NCBI GenBank assembly: GCA_028727785.1 | Contig: JAQYNQ010000087.1 | Location: 4,746 to 68,745, forward strand | Origin: Eubacteriaceae bacterium | GTDB taxonomy: Bacteria; Bacillota; Clostridia; Peptostreptococcales; Anaerovoracaceae | Length of the DNA stretch: 64,000 nucleotides | Direction: 5' to 3' | In this document: positions 41,066-51,083 of the stretch, piece by piece | Layout: each line of letters starts with the position of its first letter | How positions within the stretch are numbered: position 1 is the first letter of the stretch | Notes under the pieces: generated by a model | Database searches by the model: none | Seen by the model: the letters and a program-made list of their open reading frames with translations, nothing else | What the model was told of the DNA's origin: nothing | Program-made: the position numbers and the translations under genes

Positions 41066-43471
41066 ATGAACAAGTTACTCAGTCTTTTTTCTGAAGATAA
41101 AGAATTTATTATTCTTGATGGCGGCATGGGAACTATGCTGCAGAAAGAGATTCCGGAAATCGGCAGAGTCCCTGAAGTACTTAACATAACACACCCTGAA
41201 ATTGTTCAGAAAGTTCACAAAATGTATATTGACGCCGGATCAGATATTATTAATACATGCACTTTTGGTGTAAATAAATATAAAATTGACGGTTGCGGGC
41301 ATACTGTGGAGGAGTTAGTTGAGGCGGCTGTAAAAAATGCCAGAGAAGCTGCTTCAGGAACCGATGCAAAGGTTGCACTTGATATTGGACCTATCGGCCG
41401 TCTCCTTGAACCAAATGGAAATCTTCCTTTCGAAGAAGCCTATGAAATATTCAAGCGACAGATTATAGCAGGCAGCGGTGCTGACCTTATAACCATAGAA
41501 ACAATGACGGATCTGTACGAGCTGAAGGCCGCTTTACTTGCAGCTAAGGAAAATTCAGACCTGCCTGTAATATGTACAATGTCCTTTGAGGCAAATCACA
41601 GAACATTCACAGGTACAGAAATAAGCTCAATGGCTTTAACAGCAGGCGGACTTGGTGCAGACGCTGTTGGTGTCAACTGTTCCCTTGGACCGGCAGACTT
41701 CCTTCCATTAATAAAGGAATTAAGCAAGTGGACAAAGCTGCCGATTGTTTCAAAGGCAAATGCAGGTTTGCCTGACCCTGAGACAGGCACATACACTACA
41801 ACGGCTGATGAATTCGCCAAAGACACTGCTTCACTTGTTCCATACGGTGTGAAATTTGTCGGCGGATGCTGCGGAACAACACCTGAGTTCATCAAAACCT
41901 TAAAAAAAGAATTATCTTCACTGAAATACTGCCCAAACAATCCGGAAATACCTTCAGCTGTATGTACTCCGGAAAAGACAGTTATTATTGATCAGCCTAG
42001 AATAATTGGAGAAAGGCTTAATCCTACAGGCAAGAAAAAGCTGAAAGAAGCTTTGAAAGCTGGGGATATGGATTATATTCTAAATCAGGCAGCTGATCAG
42101 ATCAGAGATGGAGCCGAAATTTTAGACGTTAATACAGGTATGCCTGGGATAGACGAAAAAGAGGTTATGGTAAACATAGTAAAGGCACTTCAGGGAATCA
42201 CTGATACACCTCTTCAGATAGACTCCGGTAAACCTGAAGTAATAGACGCAGCACTTAGAGTTTACAGCGGTAAAGCAATTGTTAACTCCGTGAGTGGCGA
42301 AGAAGAATCTTTATCTAAAGTTTTACCTTTAGTAAAAAAATATGGTGCTGCTGTTGTTGGCCTTACTCTTGATGATGATGGAATTCCAAAGACTGTTGAA
42401 AAAAGAATACAGATTGCAGAAAAGATTTTAAGCCGCGCTCTTGAACTGGGAATTCCGAAGGAGGACGTATATATTGACTGCTTAACCTTAACTGTTTCGG
42501 CAGAACAGGAAAATGCGGCGGGGACTCTTGAGGCTATCAGATATATAAAAGAAAAGATGGGGCTGAAGACTGTTCTTGGTGTTTCCAATATTTCTTTCGG
42601 ACTGCCAAACAGAGCCCTCATAAATCATAATTTCCTTCAGATGGCACTTACTTGTGGATTGGATTTGCCTATTCTGAACCCTGGTGCTCCGGACATGGTA
42701 AGAGCAGTAGATGTCTATAAGCTTATAAATAATATTGATAAGGGTGCAAAAAACTATATCAGAAAATATAGTGATGAGATAAAGCCTGCTCAAGCTGTGG
42801 CAACAGGTATTCCCGGCGGTTCTGTGATGGATTCGGCTGTAGATGAAAAAAATGCCGGTGAACTGGAATACGCAATTATGAATGGGCTTAATGGCAAATG
42901 CAGGGAACTGACTGAAAAAGAACTTGAAAAAAACACCCCTGAATATGTAATCAATCAGGTTTTGATACCAATTCTTGATAAAGCAGGCAAAGAATTTGAA
43001 ATTGGAAGAATATTTATCCCACAGCTTATGCTCTGTGCACAGACTGCACAAATTGCTTTCGATGCTGTTAAAGAAAAGCTGTCAGCTGAGACCACACATG
43101 ATGAGAATGCCGGAAAGATTGTAATTGCAACTGTAAAAGGGGATATCCATGACATTGGAAAAAATATTGTAAAAGTAATTCTTGAAAATTACGGCTATAA
43201 GATTTATGACCTGGGTAAGGATGTTGATCCAGCAGAAATTGTAAAAGTTGCCGTAGAGGAAAAGGCAGGTCTTGTTGGTCTTTCTGCACTTATGACAACC
43301 ACATTGGGTGCCATGGAAGATACTATCAGATTGCTTCGCGAGCATGCACCGGAGTGCAGGATTATGGTAGGCGGTGCGGTGTTAACTGAAGACTATGCGG
43401 ACAAAATAGGTGCAGATTATTATGTAAAGGATGCCAAGGCATCTGCAGATGTAGCCAGAAAAATCTTTTAA
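41066..43471 (+). CDS. metH: Cobalamin-dependent methionine synthase (Hcy, pterin, cap and B12 domains; no reactivation domain)
   Basis: Motifs LDGGMGT, GVNCS, GGCCGTTP, IIGERLNPTG, GVSNISFG, GDIHDIGKN and SALMTT. Confidence 0.9.
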   Translation: MNKLLSLFSEDKEFIILDGGMGTMLQKEIPEIGRVPEVLNITHPEIVQKVHKMYIDAGSDIINTCTFGVNKYKIDGCGHTVEELVEAAVKNAREAASGTDAKVALDIGPIGRLLEPNGNLPFEEAYEIFKRQIIAGSGADLITIETMTDLYELKAALLAAKENSDLPVICTMSFEANHRTFTGTEISSMALTAGGLGADAVGVNCSLGPADFLPLIKELSKWTKLPIVSKANAGLPDPETGTYTTTADEFAKDTASLVPYGVKFVGGCCGTTPEFIKTLKKELSSLKYCPNNPEIPSAVCTPEKTVIIDQPRIIGERLNPTGKKKLKEALKAGDMDYILNQAADQIRDGAEILDVNTGMPGIDEKEVMVNIVKALQGITDTPLQIDSGKPEVIDAALRVYSGKAIVNSVSGEEESLSKVLPLVKKYGAAVVGLTLDDDGIPKTVEKRIQIAEKILSRALELGIPKEDVYIDCLTLTVSAEQENAAGTLEAIRYIKEKMGLKTVLGVSNISFGLPNRALINHNFLQMALTCGLDLPILNPGAPDMVRAVDVYKLINNIDKGAKNYIRKYSDEIKPAQAVATGIPGGSVMDSAVDEKNAGELEYAIMNGLNGKCRELTEKELEKNTPEYVINQVLIPILDKAGKEFEIGRIFIPQLMLCAQTAQIAFDAVKEKLSAETTHDENAGKIVIATVKGDIHDIGKNIVKVILENYGYKIYDLGKDVDPAEIVKVAVEEKAGLVGLSALMTTTLGAMEDTIRLLREHAPECRIMVGGAVLTEDYADKIGADYYVKDAKASADVARKIF

Positions 43472-43473
43472 GG

Positions 43474-43502
43474 TTGACTTTTATATTGTAAATTGATACA
43501 CT
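43474..43502 (+). promoter_or_regulatory. sigma-A promoter of sstT (TTGACT-17-TGa-TACACT)
   Basis: Read directly. Confidence 0.65.
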
Positions 43503-43539
43503 AGTATAAGTTTTGTACATACTTAGGAGGTATTAATTT

Positions 43540-44745
43540 ATGAAAGAATTATTGAAAGCTTGGAATAAGCTAAGCTTGGTAGTTCAGATTGCTATTGGTC
43601 TTGTAATAGGTATAATTCTTGCCCTTACTGTTCCTGACAAAGTATCTGGTATAACTATTTTCGGCAGCCTTTTCGTAGGTGCACTTAAGGGCGTTGCACC
43701 GGTTCTGGTTTTCTTCCTTGTTATGTCTGCTATTTCACAGCATAAATCAGGACAGAAAACTAATATGAAAACGATAATTATTCTGTATCTGGTTGGAACT
43801 CTTGCTGCAGCATGTATTGCTGTAGTGGCAAGCTTCATTTCACCTATGACACTTACGCTGACAGAAGGTGTAAGCGATATTGCTCCACCTAGCGGAATTG
43901 GTGAAGTTCTTAAGACTCTTGTGTTTAACATGGTTAAGAACCCGGTAGATGCGCTTTTAAACGCTAACTATATTGGTATTCTTGTATGGGCAGTTCTTTT
44001 AGGTGTAGCATTAAAGGGAGCAGCTCAGGGGACAAAAGATGTTATATCTAACATTGCTGATGCTGTTTCACAGGTTGTAAGATGGGTTATCAGATTTGCA
44101 CCTTTGGGAGTAATGGGTCTGGTATTTGATGCTATCGCAACAAGCGGAATCGAGGCATTAAAGAGGTATGCCGGTTTAATCGTTCTTCTTGTAGCAGTTA
44201 TGCTTATTGATGCGCTGATTGTAAACCCTATTATCGTATTTGTTATGACTAGAAGTAATCCTTATCCACTTGTATTAAAGTGCCTGAAGGATAGTGGTAT
44301 CACTGCATTCTTCACAAGATCATCAGCGGCAAACATTCCTGTTAATATGAGACTTTGCGATGAATTAGGATTAGATAAGGACACTTATTCAATCTCAATT
44401 CCTCTTGGAGCAACAATAAACATGGGTGGTGCTGCAATTACAATTTCCATTCTTGCACTTGCAGCAGCTAATACTTTGGGAATAACTGTAGATATTCCGA
44501 CTGCAATCATCCTTTGTGTACTGTCAGCTTTAAGTGCATGTGGTGCATCCGGTGTCGCAGGCGGCTCACTGTTATTAATTCCTCTTGCATGCTCACTGTT
44601 TGGTATTCCAAATGATATTGCAATGCAGGTTGTTGGTGTTGGTTTCATTATTGGAGTTATTCAGGACTCATGTGAAACTGCACTTAACTCTTCAACAGAC
44701 GTTCTGTTTACAGCAGCTGCAGATATAGCTCAGAAGAGAAAATAA
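43540..44745 (+). CDS. sstT: Serine/threonine:Na+ symporter
   Basis: Motifs [50 protein letters not shown] and [13 protein letters not shown]. Confidence 0.95.
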   Translation: MKELLKAWNKLSLVVQIAIGLVIGIILALTVPDKVSGITIFGSLFVGALKGVAPVLVFFLVMSAISQHKSGQKTNMKTIIILYLVGTLAAACIAVVASFISPMTLTLTEGVSDIAPPSGIGEVLKTLVFNMVKNPVDALLNANYIGILVWAVLLGVALKGAAQGTKDVISNIADAVSQVVRWVIRFAPLGVMGLVFDAIATSGIEALKRYAGLIVLLVAVMLIDALIVNPIIVFVMTRSNPYPLVLKCLKDSGITAFFTRSSAANIPVNMRLCDELGLDKDTYSISIPLGATINMGGAAITISILALAAANTLGITVDIPTAIILCVLSALSACGASGVAGGSLLLIPLACSLFGIPNDIAMQVVGVGFIIGVIQDSCETALNSSTDVLFTAAADIAQKRK

Positions 44746-44764
44746 AGAAAATAAAGAAAAAAAT

Positions 44765-44812
44765 AAGACGCTCCTTTAAAGTCGTGAGACTTTTTAGCAG
44801 CGTCTTTTTTAT
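44765..44812. terminator. Bidirectional terminator between sstT and the PepD-like gene
   Basis: AAGACGCT...AAAGTC-GTGA-GACTTT...AGCGTCTT followed by TTTT. Confidence 0.75.
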
Positions 44813-44814
44813 AT

Positions 44815-46287
44815 TTATTTTTTCGGTTTCTGATTCTTCAGATATGTCAGTAAAGTACCGGTATATCTTTCCAGCCTGTCACTATTTAAGTTTACGCATA
44901 TTATTTCCGCATTTACGTTATATTTACGCAGATATGATGCTGCTGACGGTGCAACTGACGGTGAGAACTCTAAATTCTTTCCGGAGTATATATTGAAGGC
45001 CTCATGAATCTTTGACGGAAGAGTGTCCTCCTCTTCTACAGTCCATTTCGCCTGTCCGCCCAGTCTGCGGTACTTTATATTTGAAAGGCCGCAGATTGTC
45101 TTATAGGTATTATCGATTTCTGTAAGCGATGCCTCTTCCAGACTGCTTGCAGAAGCAAGGATTGTATATACTCCATCAGCCTCTGAAACACAGCCGATAT
45201 TTGTTGATGAAATCACATCACCATTATCATTCTTATAATAAACACCATCAAGAAGGGTATATATTACACTGACAAACTCATCGGCATCTTTTTGTTCCAT
45301 AACACGTTTAGGAAGTTTGACTTCCTTGTAGGTTATTTTAAAATCCGGGAATTTTTCCGATCTTTTACTAACCTGCTTTTCAATGTAGCTATCCAGTTTG
45401 TCTGTAAACTTCTTATAGTCATTTTCATTAATTACTATTGTAGCACAGGCATCTTTCGGAAGAACATTTCCACTGCTGCCACCATGGAAATCTGCAAGTT
45501 TAAAAATATATGCATTAGTTTTAAATGAAGCAAGAAGATTTCCCAGTGTTTTTATAGGATTTGGATATGAGGAATAGGTAAGCGCCGGTATTCCGCCGGG
45601 AAGTCCTTCAACAGTTATCCTGATAGCTTTGTTGCCTTTTGTCTTAATTCTTGCTGTAGAATACTCTTTGGTAAACTCGTAAGTTGAGCGGCCACCTGTA
45701 GTAGTTGACCAGAAATTATTACTGTTACCATTAACACATATTATATTATGAACATCACTAATGTAATCCTTATCCAGAGCCTTTATTCCGTTAAAGTTAT
45801 TTCCTGTATTATCCGTGAACAGTATTCGCAGATGTCCTGTTTCTGCCTTATTTTTCGCAAGATACAGGCATAGAGACATAGGTGCAATGCAGCCGTCAAA
45901 ATTATCCACACTGTAACTGCATACAAGCAAGGTAGGTTTCACTTTTTTATAACCTTTCGCTGCGGCAACATCCATTATAACATTGCCTGAATCATCCGAT
46001 TCGCATGATACACCTTTTGTCTTTGCCCAGTTCGTGAGATAATCAACGACCGCGTCTACTGATGTCATTGTCTCTTTAGAGTCATCGAGGTCAGTGGCAT
46101 ATGCAAAGGTTTTTGTTTCTATCGATGCCTTTTCCGATAGTGCTTTCTGCTCGTCTCTGTATTTCATAATGCCAAAAATTCCAGCAATTAAAACCAGCAA
46201 AGCCAGGACGATAAGCATAACAAATCTTTTACTTATCTTACCGTTCGTCTTAATGAGAAGCCCTTTTCTACCTACTATTAATTTCAT
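44815..46287 (-). CDS. Membrane-anchored PepD (M20C dipeptidase)-like protein lacking catalytic metal ligands
   Basis: N-terminal TM helix. PepD-like segments D..GNVI, LRILFT, GL.GG, GG...N.LP..A.A and SSTNIG are present, but the His/Asp/Glu ligand motifs are replaced. Confidence 0.72.
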   Translation of the reverse strand: MKLIVGRKGLLIKTNGKISKRFVMLIVLALLVLIAGIFGIMKYRDEQKALSEKASIETKTFAYATDLDDSKETMTSVDAVVDYLTNWAKTKGVSCESDDSGNVIMDVAAAKGYKKVKPTLLVCSYSVDNFDGCIAPMSLCLYLAKNKAETGHLRILFTDNTGNNFNGIKALDKDYISDVHNIICVNGNSNNFWSTTTGGRSTYEFTKEYSTARIKTKGNKAIRITVEGLPGGIPALTYSSYPNPIKTLGNLLASFKTNAYIFKLADFHGGSSGNVLPKDACATIVINENDYKKFTDKLDSYIEKQVSKRSEKFPDFKITYKEVKLPKRVMEQKDADEFVSVIYTLLDGVYYKNDNGDVISSTNIGCVSEADGVYTILASASSLEEASLTEIDNTYKTICGLSNIKYRRLGGQAKWTVEEEDTLPSKIHEAFNIYSGKNLEFSPSVAPSAASYLRKYNVNAEIICVNLNSDRLERYTGTLLTYLKNQKPKK

Positions 46288-46405
46288 AAAATTATATTTA
46301 CTCCTTAAATAAAATCATTTATAATAATAACATAAAGTTAGTGTTTATTGTAGGGGTTTCACGAAAACTTCACACAATTATTATTTACTTACAGGAGAGA
46401 AATAT

Positions 46406-46942
46406 ATGGAATCCAGGAACTTAATTTTAAGAGAAACTGTCTTCGATGATTGCAGATATTTTGCCGAATGGGAATGCAAACCAGAGGTTACAGAGTTTTT
46501 TACAATGGATGAGGGTAGAAATTACGAGGATATAGTGACCGAATATGTAAGATATAACCTTGATCCGACAAAGATGCAGTTTACAATTACTCTTAAGCCG
46601 GGAGAGAAGCCAATCGGGAGAGTATACCTGTCACGAATCAACAGGGCGGAAGACTCTCTTGATATAACCAGAATTTATATTGCTGATCCTGAAAACAGAA
46701 ATAAAGGTTTTGGAGAAGAGACTCTGCGTATGATACTTCAGTATGCATTTATCGATCTTCATATGGAAAGGGTAACTATCGACCATTTTGAAAAAAATAA
46801 AATTGCTGCGACTTTGTATGAGAGCATCGGCTTTAAAAATGAAGGTCTTATGAGAAATGCCGGAAAGAAAAACGGCAGGTATGTAAATCTTCAGTTGAAG
46901 TCCATGTTGAGAGCAGAGTATTACGACAAGATTCATAAATAA
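46406..46942 (+). CDS. GNAT acetyltransferase (RimJ/RimL/SpeG-like)
   Basis: Motifs LILRE, RNKGFG, YAF..L, N.IAATLYE.IGF..EG. Confidence 0.85.
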   Translation: MESRNLILRETVFDDCRYFAEWECKPEVTEFFTMDEGRNYEDIVTEYVRYNLDPTKMQFTITLKPGEKPIGRVYLSRINRAEDSLDITRIYIADPENRNKGFGEETLRMILQYAFIDLHMERVTIDHFEKNKIAATLYESIGFKNEGLMRNAGKKNGRYVNLQLKSMLRAEYYDKIHK

Positions 46943-46989
46943 AATAATTTAAAAACCTGTAAGTATTAGAATTACTGAGACTAAAGTCT

Positions 46990-47019
46990 ATACTGACCCA
47001 AATGGGTCAGTATTTTTTT
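46990..47019 (+). terminator. Intrinsic terminator
   Basis: ATACTGACCC-AAAT-GGGTCAGTAT followed by T6. Confidence 0.88.
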
Positions 47020-47038
47020 GTTTTTTATGATTTAATAG

Positions 47039-47067
47039 TTGACCTTGGGGTATAGTAATTGTATAAT
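47039..47067 (+). promoter_or_regulatory. sigma-A promoter of nrdDG (TTGACC-17-TGTATAAT)
   Basis: Read directly. Confidence 0.75.
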
Positions 47068-47090
47068 TTTTTATCGGAAAGCAGATAAGG

Positions 47091-47106
47091 ACACAATATA
47101 TAGTGT
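47091..47106. promoter_or_regulatory. NrdR box
   Basis: ACACAATATATAGTGT matches the acaCwAtATaTwGtgt consensus and lies downstream of the nrdD promoter. Confidence 0.85.
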
Positions 47107-47167
47107 TATGATGTATTTTTAAAAAAGCATATTTTTATTAGTATTATGATGGAGAGGGAGCGCGAAA

Positions 47168-49516
47168 ATGGACAGCATTACTAAGATTATTAAAAGAGAT
47201 GGCCGAACCGTTGATTTTAACATAGAAAAAATAACGGATGCCATATTTAAAGCTGCAACGGTTCTGGGCGGTAGAGACCGTGAAATGGCAAGCTATCTTG
47301 CAAAACAGGTTGAATTATACCTTCTGGAGGTATGTCATACATCTATACCAACTGTAGAACAGGTACAGGATGCTGTTGAAAAAATTCTGATTGAAAACGG
47401 ACACGCAAGAACTGCCAAAGAATATATTCTATACAGAGCTGAACGTACAAGAGTAAGAGACATGAATACTAAGCTTATGCGTATTTATGAGGATCTTACA
47501 TTTAAAGAGGCAAAAGATAACGACGTTAAGAGAGAGAATGCAAACATCGATGGAAATACCGCTATGGGAACTATGCTTAAATATGGTTCTGAAGGAGCAA
47601 AGGAATTCTACAAGATGTACGTAATTGATCCAAAATATGCTAAGGCTCATGAGAATGGTGATATTCATATTCATGACATGGATTTCTACACTCTTACTAT
47701 GACATGCTGCCAGATAGACCTTGTTGAACTTCTTAAAGATGGTTTCTCAACAGGACATGGCCACTTGAGAGAACCAAATGATGTTGAAAGCTATGCAGCA
47801 CTTGCATGTATCGCAATTCAGTCCAATCAGAACGACCAGCACGGTGGTCAGTCGGTACCAAACTTTGATTTTGGTATAGCTCCCGGCGTTAGAAAGTCTT
47901 ATAAGAAGCTTTATTCAAGAAATCTCGGCAAGGCTTTGGAAATGGTCTATGACATAGAAGACGGTCTGGATTTTTCAAAGAATCTGTGTAAGAAGATTGA
48001 AGAAGAACATGGAGTTATCCCTTGCATGGCATGGGACAATAATTATAAAGAAATCGAAGCTAAAGAGCTTTACAAGAAAGGCCTTACTCCTGAACAGATT
48101 GAAAAGGTTCAGAAGATTGCAACAAAATATGCTGATCAGGGAATAGAAAGAAAGACTTTTCAGGCAATGGAGGCTCTGGTACATAACCTGAATACAATGC
48201 ATTCAAGAGCAGGCGCTCAGGTTCCTTTCAGTTCACTGAACTACGGTACTGATACATCTCCTGAAGGCAGACTTGTAATGAAATCAATTCTGCTTGCTAC
48301 TGAGGCAGGACTTGGAAACGGTGAGACACCGATTTTCCCAATCCAGATTTTCAAAGTTAAGGAGGGAATCAGCTATAATCCTGAAGATCCTAACTATGAT
48401 CTGTTTAAGCTTGCCTGTAGAGTTTCTGCAAAAAGATTATTCCCTAACTTCTCATTCCTGGATGCACCGTTTAACAAGCAGTACTATGTAGAAGGAAGAC
48501 CGGAGACAGAATGCGCTTACATGGGATGCAGAACAAGAGTAATCGGAAATGTTCATGATCCAAGCAGGGAAATTGTATACGGAAGAGGAAATCTTTCATT
48601 TACTTCAATTAACCTTCCTAGACTTGCAATTAAAGCAAAAGGAGATCAGGAAATTTTCTTTGACAGCCTAGATCATGTAATTGATATTGCTATCGGACAG
48701 TTAAATGAAAGATATAGAATTCAGTGTCAGAAAAAAGTGAAGAATTTCCCATTCTTAATGGGACAGGGCGTATGGATTGATTCCGATAAGCTTTCACCAG
48801 AAGATACAATTGAAGAAGTTCTTAAACATGGTACCCTTACAATAGGATTTATTGGTCTTGCTGAAGCACTTAAGGCTCTTATCGGTGAACATCACGGCGA
48901 ATCTGAAAGAGCACAGAAGCTTGGTATCGAGATTGTTGCATACATGAGAAAACGTATGGATGAAGAGGCAAGAAAGACAGGATTAAACTGGTCACTGATT
49001 GCAACTCCTGCTGAAGGTCTGTCAGGCAGATTTGTCAGAATTGACAGAGAAAAGTTTGGTGTTATTCCAGGTGTAACAGACAGGGATTACTACACTAACA
49101 GCTTCCATATTCCTGTGTATTATAATATCAGCGCATTTGATAAGATTAAAAAAGAGGCACCTTATCACAGTCTTACTAACGGTGGTCATATCTCATATAT
49201 CGAACTTGACGGTGACCCTATCAAGAACCTTGATGCTTTCGAAAAGGTAGTAAGATGTATGAAGGAGAACGGAATAGGTTATGGTTCCATTAACCATCCT
49301 GTAGACAGAGACCCGGTATGCGGTTACACAGGCCTGATTGATAATGAATGTCCTTGTTGTGGAAGAAAAGAATATGACAGTGAACCAAAGTTTGAAAGAA
49401 TAAGAAGAATCACAGGATATCTTGTAGGTACAATGGATCACTGGAATGATGCAAAATCCAGCGAAGAAAAGGACAGAGTAAAACACGGTATTGGAGAAGG
49501 ATTTGAAGCATTATGA
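47168..49516 (+). CDS. nrdD: Anaerobic (class III) ribonucleoside-triphosphate reductase
   Basis: N-terminal ATP cone, HIHD, SNQNDQHGGQ, MGCRT, TPAEG, YYTNS and glycyl-radical motif RRITGYL. Confidence 0.97.
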   Translation: MDSITKIIKRDGRTVDFNIEKITDAIFKAATVLGGRDREMASYLAKQVELYLLEVCHTSIPTVEQVQDAVEKILIENGHARTAKEYILYRAERTRVRDMNTKLMRIYEDLTFKEAKDNDVKRENANIDGNTAMGTMLKYGSEGAKEFYKMYVIDPKYAKAHENGDIHIHDMDFYTLTMTCCQIDLVELLKDGFSTGHGHLREPNDVESYAALACIAIQSNQNDQHGGQSVPNFDFGIAPGVRKSYKKLYSRNLGKALEMVYDIEDGLDFSKNLCKKIEEEHGVIPCMAWDNNYKEIEAKELYKKGLTPEQIEKVQKIATKYADQGIERKTFQAMEALVHNLNTMHSRAGAQVPFSSLNYGTDTSPEGRLVMKSILLATEAGLGNGETPIFPIQIFKVKEGISYNPEDPNYDLFKLACRVSAKRLFPNFSFLDAPFNKQYYVEGRPETECAYMGCRTRVIGNVHDPSREIVYGRGNLSFTSINLPRLAIKAKGDQEIFFDSLDHVIDIAIGQLNERYRIQCQKKVKNFPFLMGQGVWIDSDKLSPEDTIEEVLKHGTLTIGFIGLAEALKALIGEHHGESERAQKLGIEIVAYMRKRMDEEARKTGLNWSLIATPAEGLSGRFVRIDREKFGVIPGVTDRDYYTNSFHIPVYYNISAFDKIKKEAPYHSLTNGGHISYIELDGDPIKNLDAFEKVVRCMKENGIGYGSINHPVDRDPVCGYTGLIDNECPCCGRKEYDSEPKFERIRRITGYLVGTMDHWNDAKSSEEKDRVKHGIGEGFEAL

Positions 49517-50034
49517 TAGATAAGACTAAGCAGCTTCGTTTAGCCGGAGTTGTGAGAGAGTCAATTGTTGATGGTCCCGGCATAAGATTTGTTATTTTCT
49601 GCCAGGGCTGTCCTCATCACTGTGTGGGATGCCATAATGAACCTACTCATGATTTTAACGGGGGATTCGACTGTGATGCAGACAAGATTCTGGCTGCCAT
49701 TGACGAAAATCCGCTTCTTGACGGTGTAACATTCAGCGGCGGTGAACCGGCATGTCAGCCTGAGGGTTTTCTCACACTTGCAAAAGAGATTCATAAAAGA
49801 GGGCTGAACATCATAATGTATTCCGGCTACACTTATGAAGAGCTTCTGAAGATGGGCGAATCAGATGGCGCTCTGGCAGATTTGATGGACAACATAGATA
49901 TTCTCATAGATGGCAGATACGATCATACACAGAGGGATTTGACACTGCTTTTCAGAGGCAGCAAAAATCAGAGGGTAATAGATGTTTTAAAGTCAAAGAA
50001 TGAAGGCGTTGTAGTGCTCGCAGAAAATTTCTAG
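49513..50034 (+). CDS. nrdG: Class III RNR activating enzyme
   Basis: SIVDGPG, radical-SAM C.GCPHHC.GCHN, SGGEP and FRGS.NQR. Confidence 0.95.
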   Translation: MIDKTKQLRLAGVVRESIVDGPGIRFVIFCQGCPHHCVGCHNEPTHDFNGGFDCDADKILAAIDENPLLDGVTFSGGEPACQPEGFLTLAKEIHKRGLNIIMYSGYTYEELLKMGESDGALADLMDNIDILIDGRYDHTQRDLTLLFRGSKNQRVIDVLKSKNEGVVVLAENF

Positions 50035-50050
50035 ATTTTAAAAAAAACAC

Positions 50051-50080
50051 TTGTATTTGATACCTGTTTTATGCTATAAT
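50051..50080 (+). promoter_or_regulatory. sigma-A promoter of rpmB (TTGTAT-18-TGc-TATAAT)
   Basis: Read directly. Confidence 0.6.
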
Positions 50081-50156
50081 GTCGATTGTTCGATATGAAC
50101 TGATTACAAACACGAAAAAATGCTATGAGCTTGAGATATTGAAGGAGGTGCGGTAG

Positions 50157-50348
50157 ATGTCAAGAAAATGTGAAATTTGCGGAAAAGGTCAGGTTTCAGG
50201 AAACACAGTTTCCCATTCCAACAGACATTCAAGAAGAAAGTGGAATGCAAATATCCAGACTGTAAGAATTGACGATAATGGTACAGTAAGAAAAGCTAAT
50301 GTATGCACAAGATGCATCAGATCAAACAAGATTAACCGTGCCATCTAA
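50157..50348 (+). CDS. rpmB: 50S ribosomal protein L28 (Zn-binding type)
   Basis: MSRKCEICGK...VSHS...RKW..N...VCTRC. Confidence 0.96.
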   Translation: MSRKCEICGKGQVSGNTVSHSNRHSRRKWNANIQTVRIDDNGTVRKANVCTRCIRSNKINRAI

Positions 50349-50365
50349 TTGAATTTGTGCAGAAG

Positions 50366-50392
50366 ACCCGCTTGAAACAAGCGGGTTTTTTT
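50366..50392. terminator. Intrinsic terminator after rpmB
   Basis: ACCCGCTTG-AAA-CAAGCGGGT followed by a T run. Confidence 0.88.
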
Positions 50393-50398
50393 GTTTTT

Positions 50399-50584
50399 TC
50401 AGCATCTGAGCAACCATATTCCAAATATTACAAGGACGAAACCCAGGAGCATAATCCATGCTTTTGGTGGAAGAATAAATGCACAGACAGTCACAATTCC
50501 AATAATTAGAAGAATAAAACCGATATCTGAAGCCTCTCTGTATTTCCAGCAGGGCTTTCTTTTTTTATTGTTGCAGTTTCCCAT
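50399..50584 (-). CDS. Small two-TM membrane protein, unknown function
   Basis: 61 aa, basic N-terminus and two hydrophobic helices; AAGGGTG SD on the minus strand. Confidence 0.6.
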   Translation of the reverse strand: MGNCNNKKRKPCWKYREASDIGFILLIIGIVTVCAFILPPKAWIMLLGFVLVIFGIWLLRC

Positions 50585-50669
50585 ATTATCACCCTTATTA
50601 TATTATGCATTATGGACAGAATTGGTGAAATAATGTACACTTGTTATGTACAGAAGGAGATGACAGACT

Positions 50670-51083
50670 ATGAGTTTATATAAGTCCACAGATCTGGGTA
50701 CTGTAAAAATATCAAACGTTTTATTTGCCCAGATGATTGTAAACAGCTTCAGGCAAAAAGAGTGTGCAGGTAAAATCTGGCCTGCAACAACAAAAGGCAA
50801 ACAGATAGGAAATGACCAGAAATATAATATTTCAGATGTTGCATCACACATTATTCTTAAGCACAGCAGTGATTGCAAGGACCTTGAACTGGAGTTTAAT
50901 GTTATTATTATGTTCGGAAACAGTATTTCAAAAATAACTACCTGCGTGGCAGATTATATCTCTGATTGTATAGAAAAAAACTTTGGGAAAAAACCAAACA
51001 GAATAATAATTCACATTACAGGGATAAGATCTAAGCAGATTGCAAGAAGGAATCTAGAGGTTATCAAACAGTATGAATATTGA
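50670..51083 (+). CDS. Asp23/Gls24-family protein
   Basis: TDLGTVKIS N-terminus, ending V.I.ITGI; AAGGAG SD; conserved position before recG. Confidence 0.72.
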   Translation: MSLYKSTDLGTVKISNVLFAQMIVNSFRQKECAGKIWPATTKGKQIGNDQKYNISDVASHIILKHSSDCKDLELEFNVIIMFGNSISKITTCVADYISDCIEKNFGKKPNRIIIHITGIRSKQIARRNLEVIKQYEY

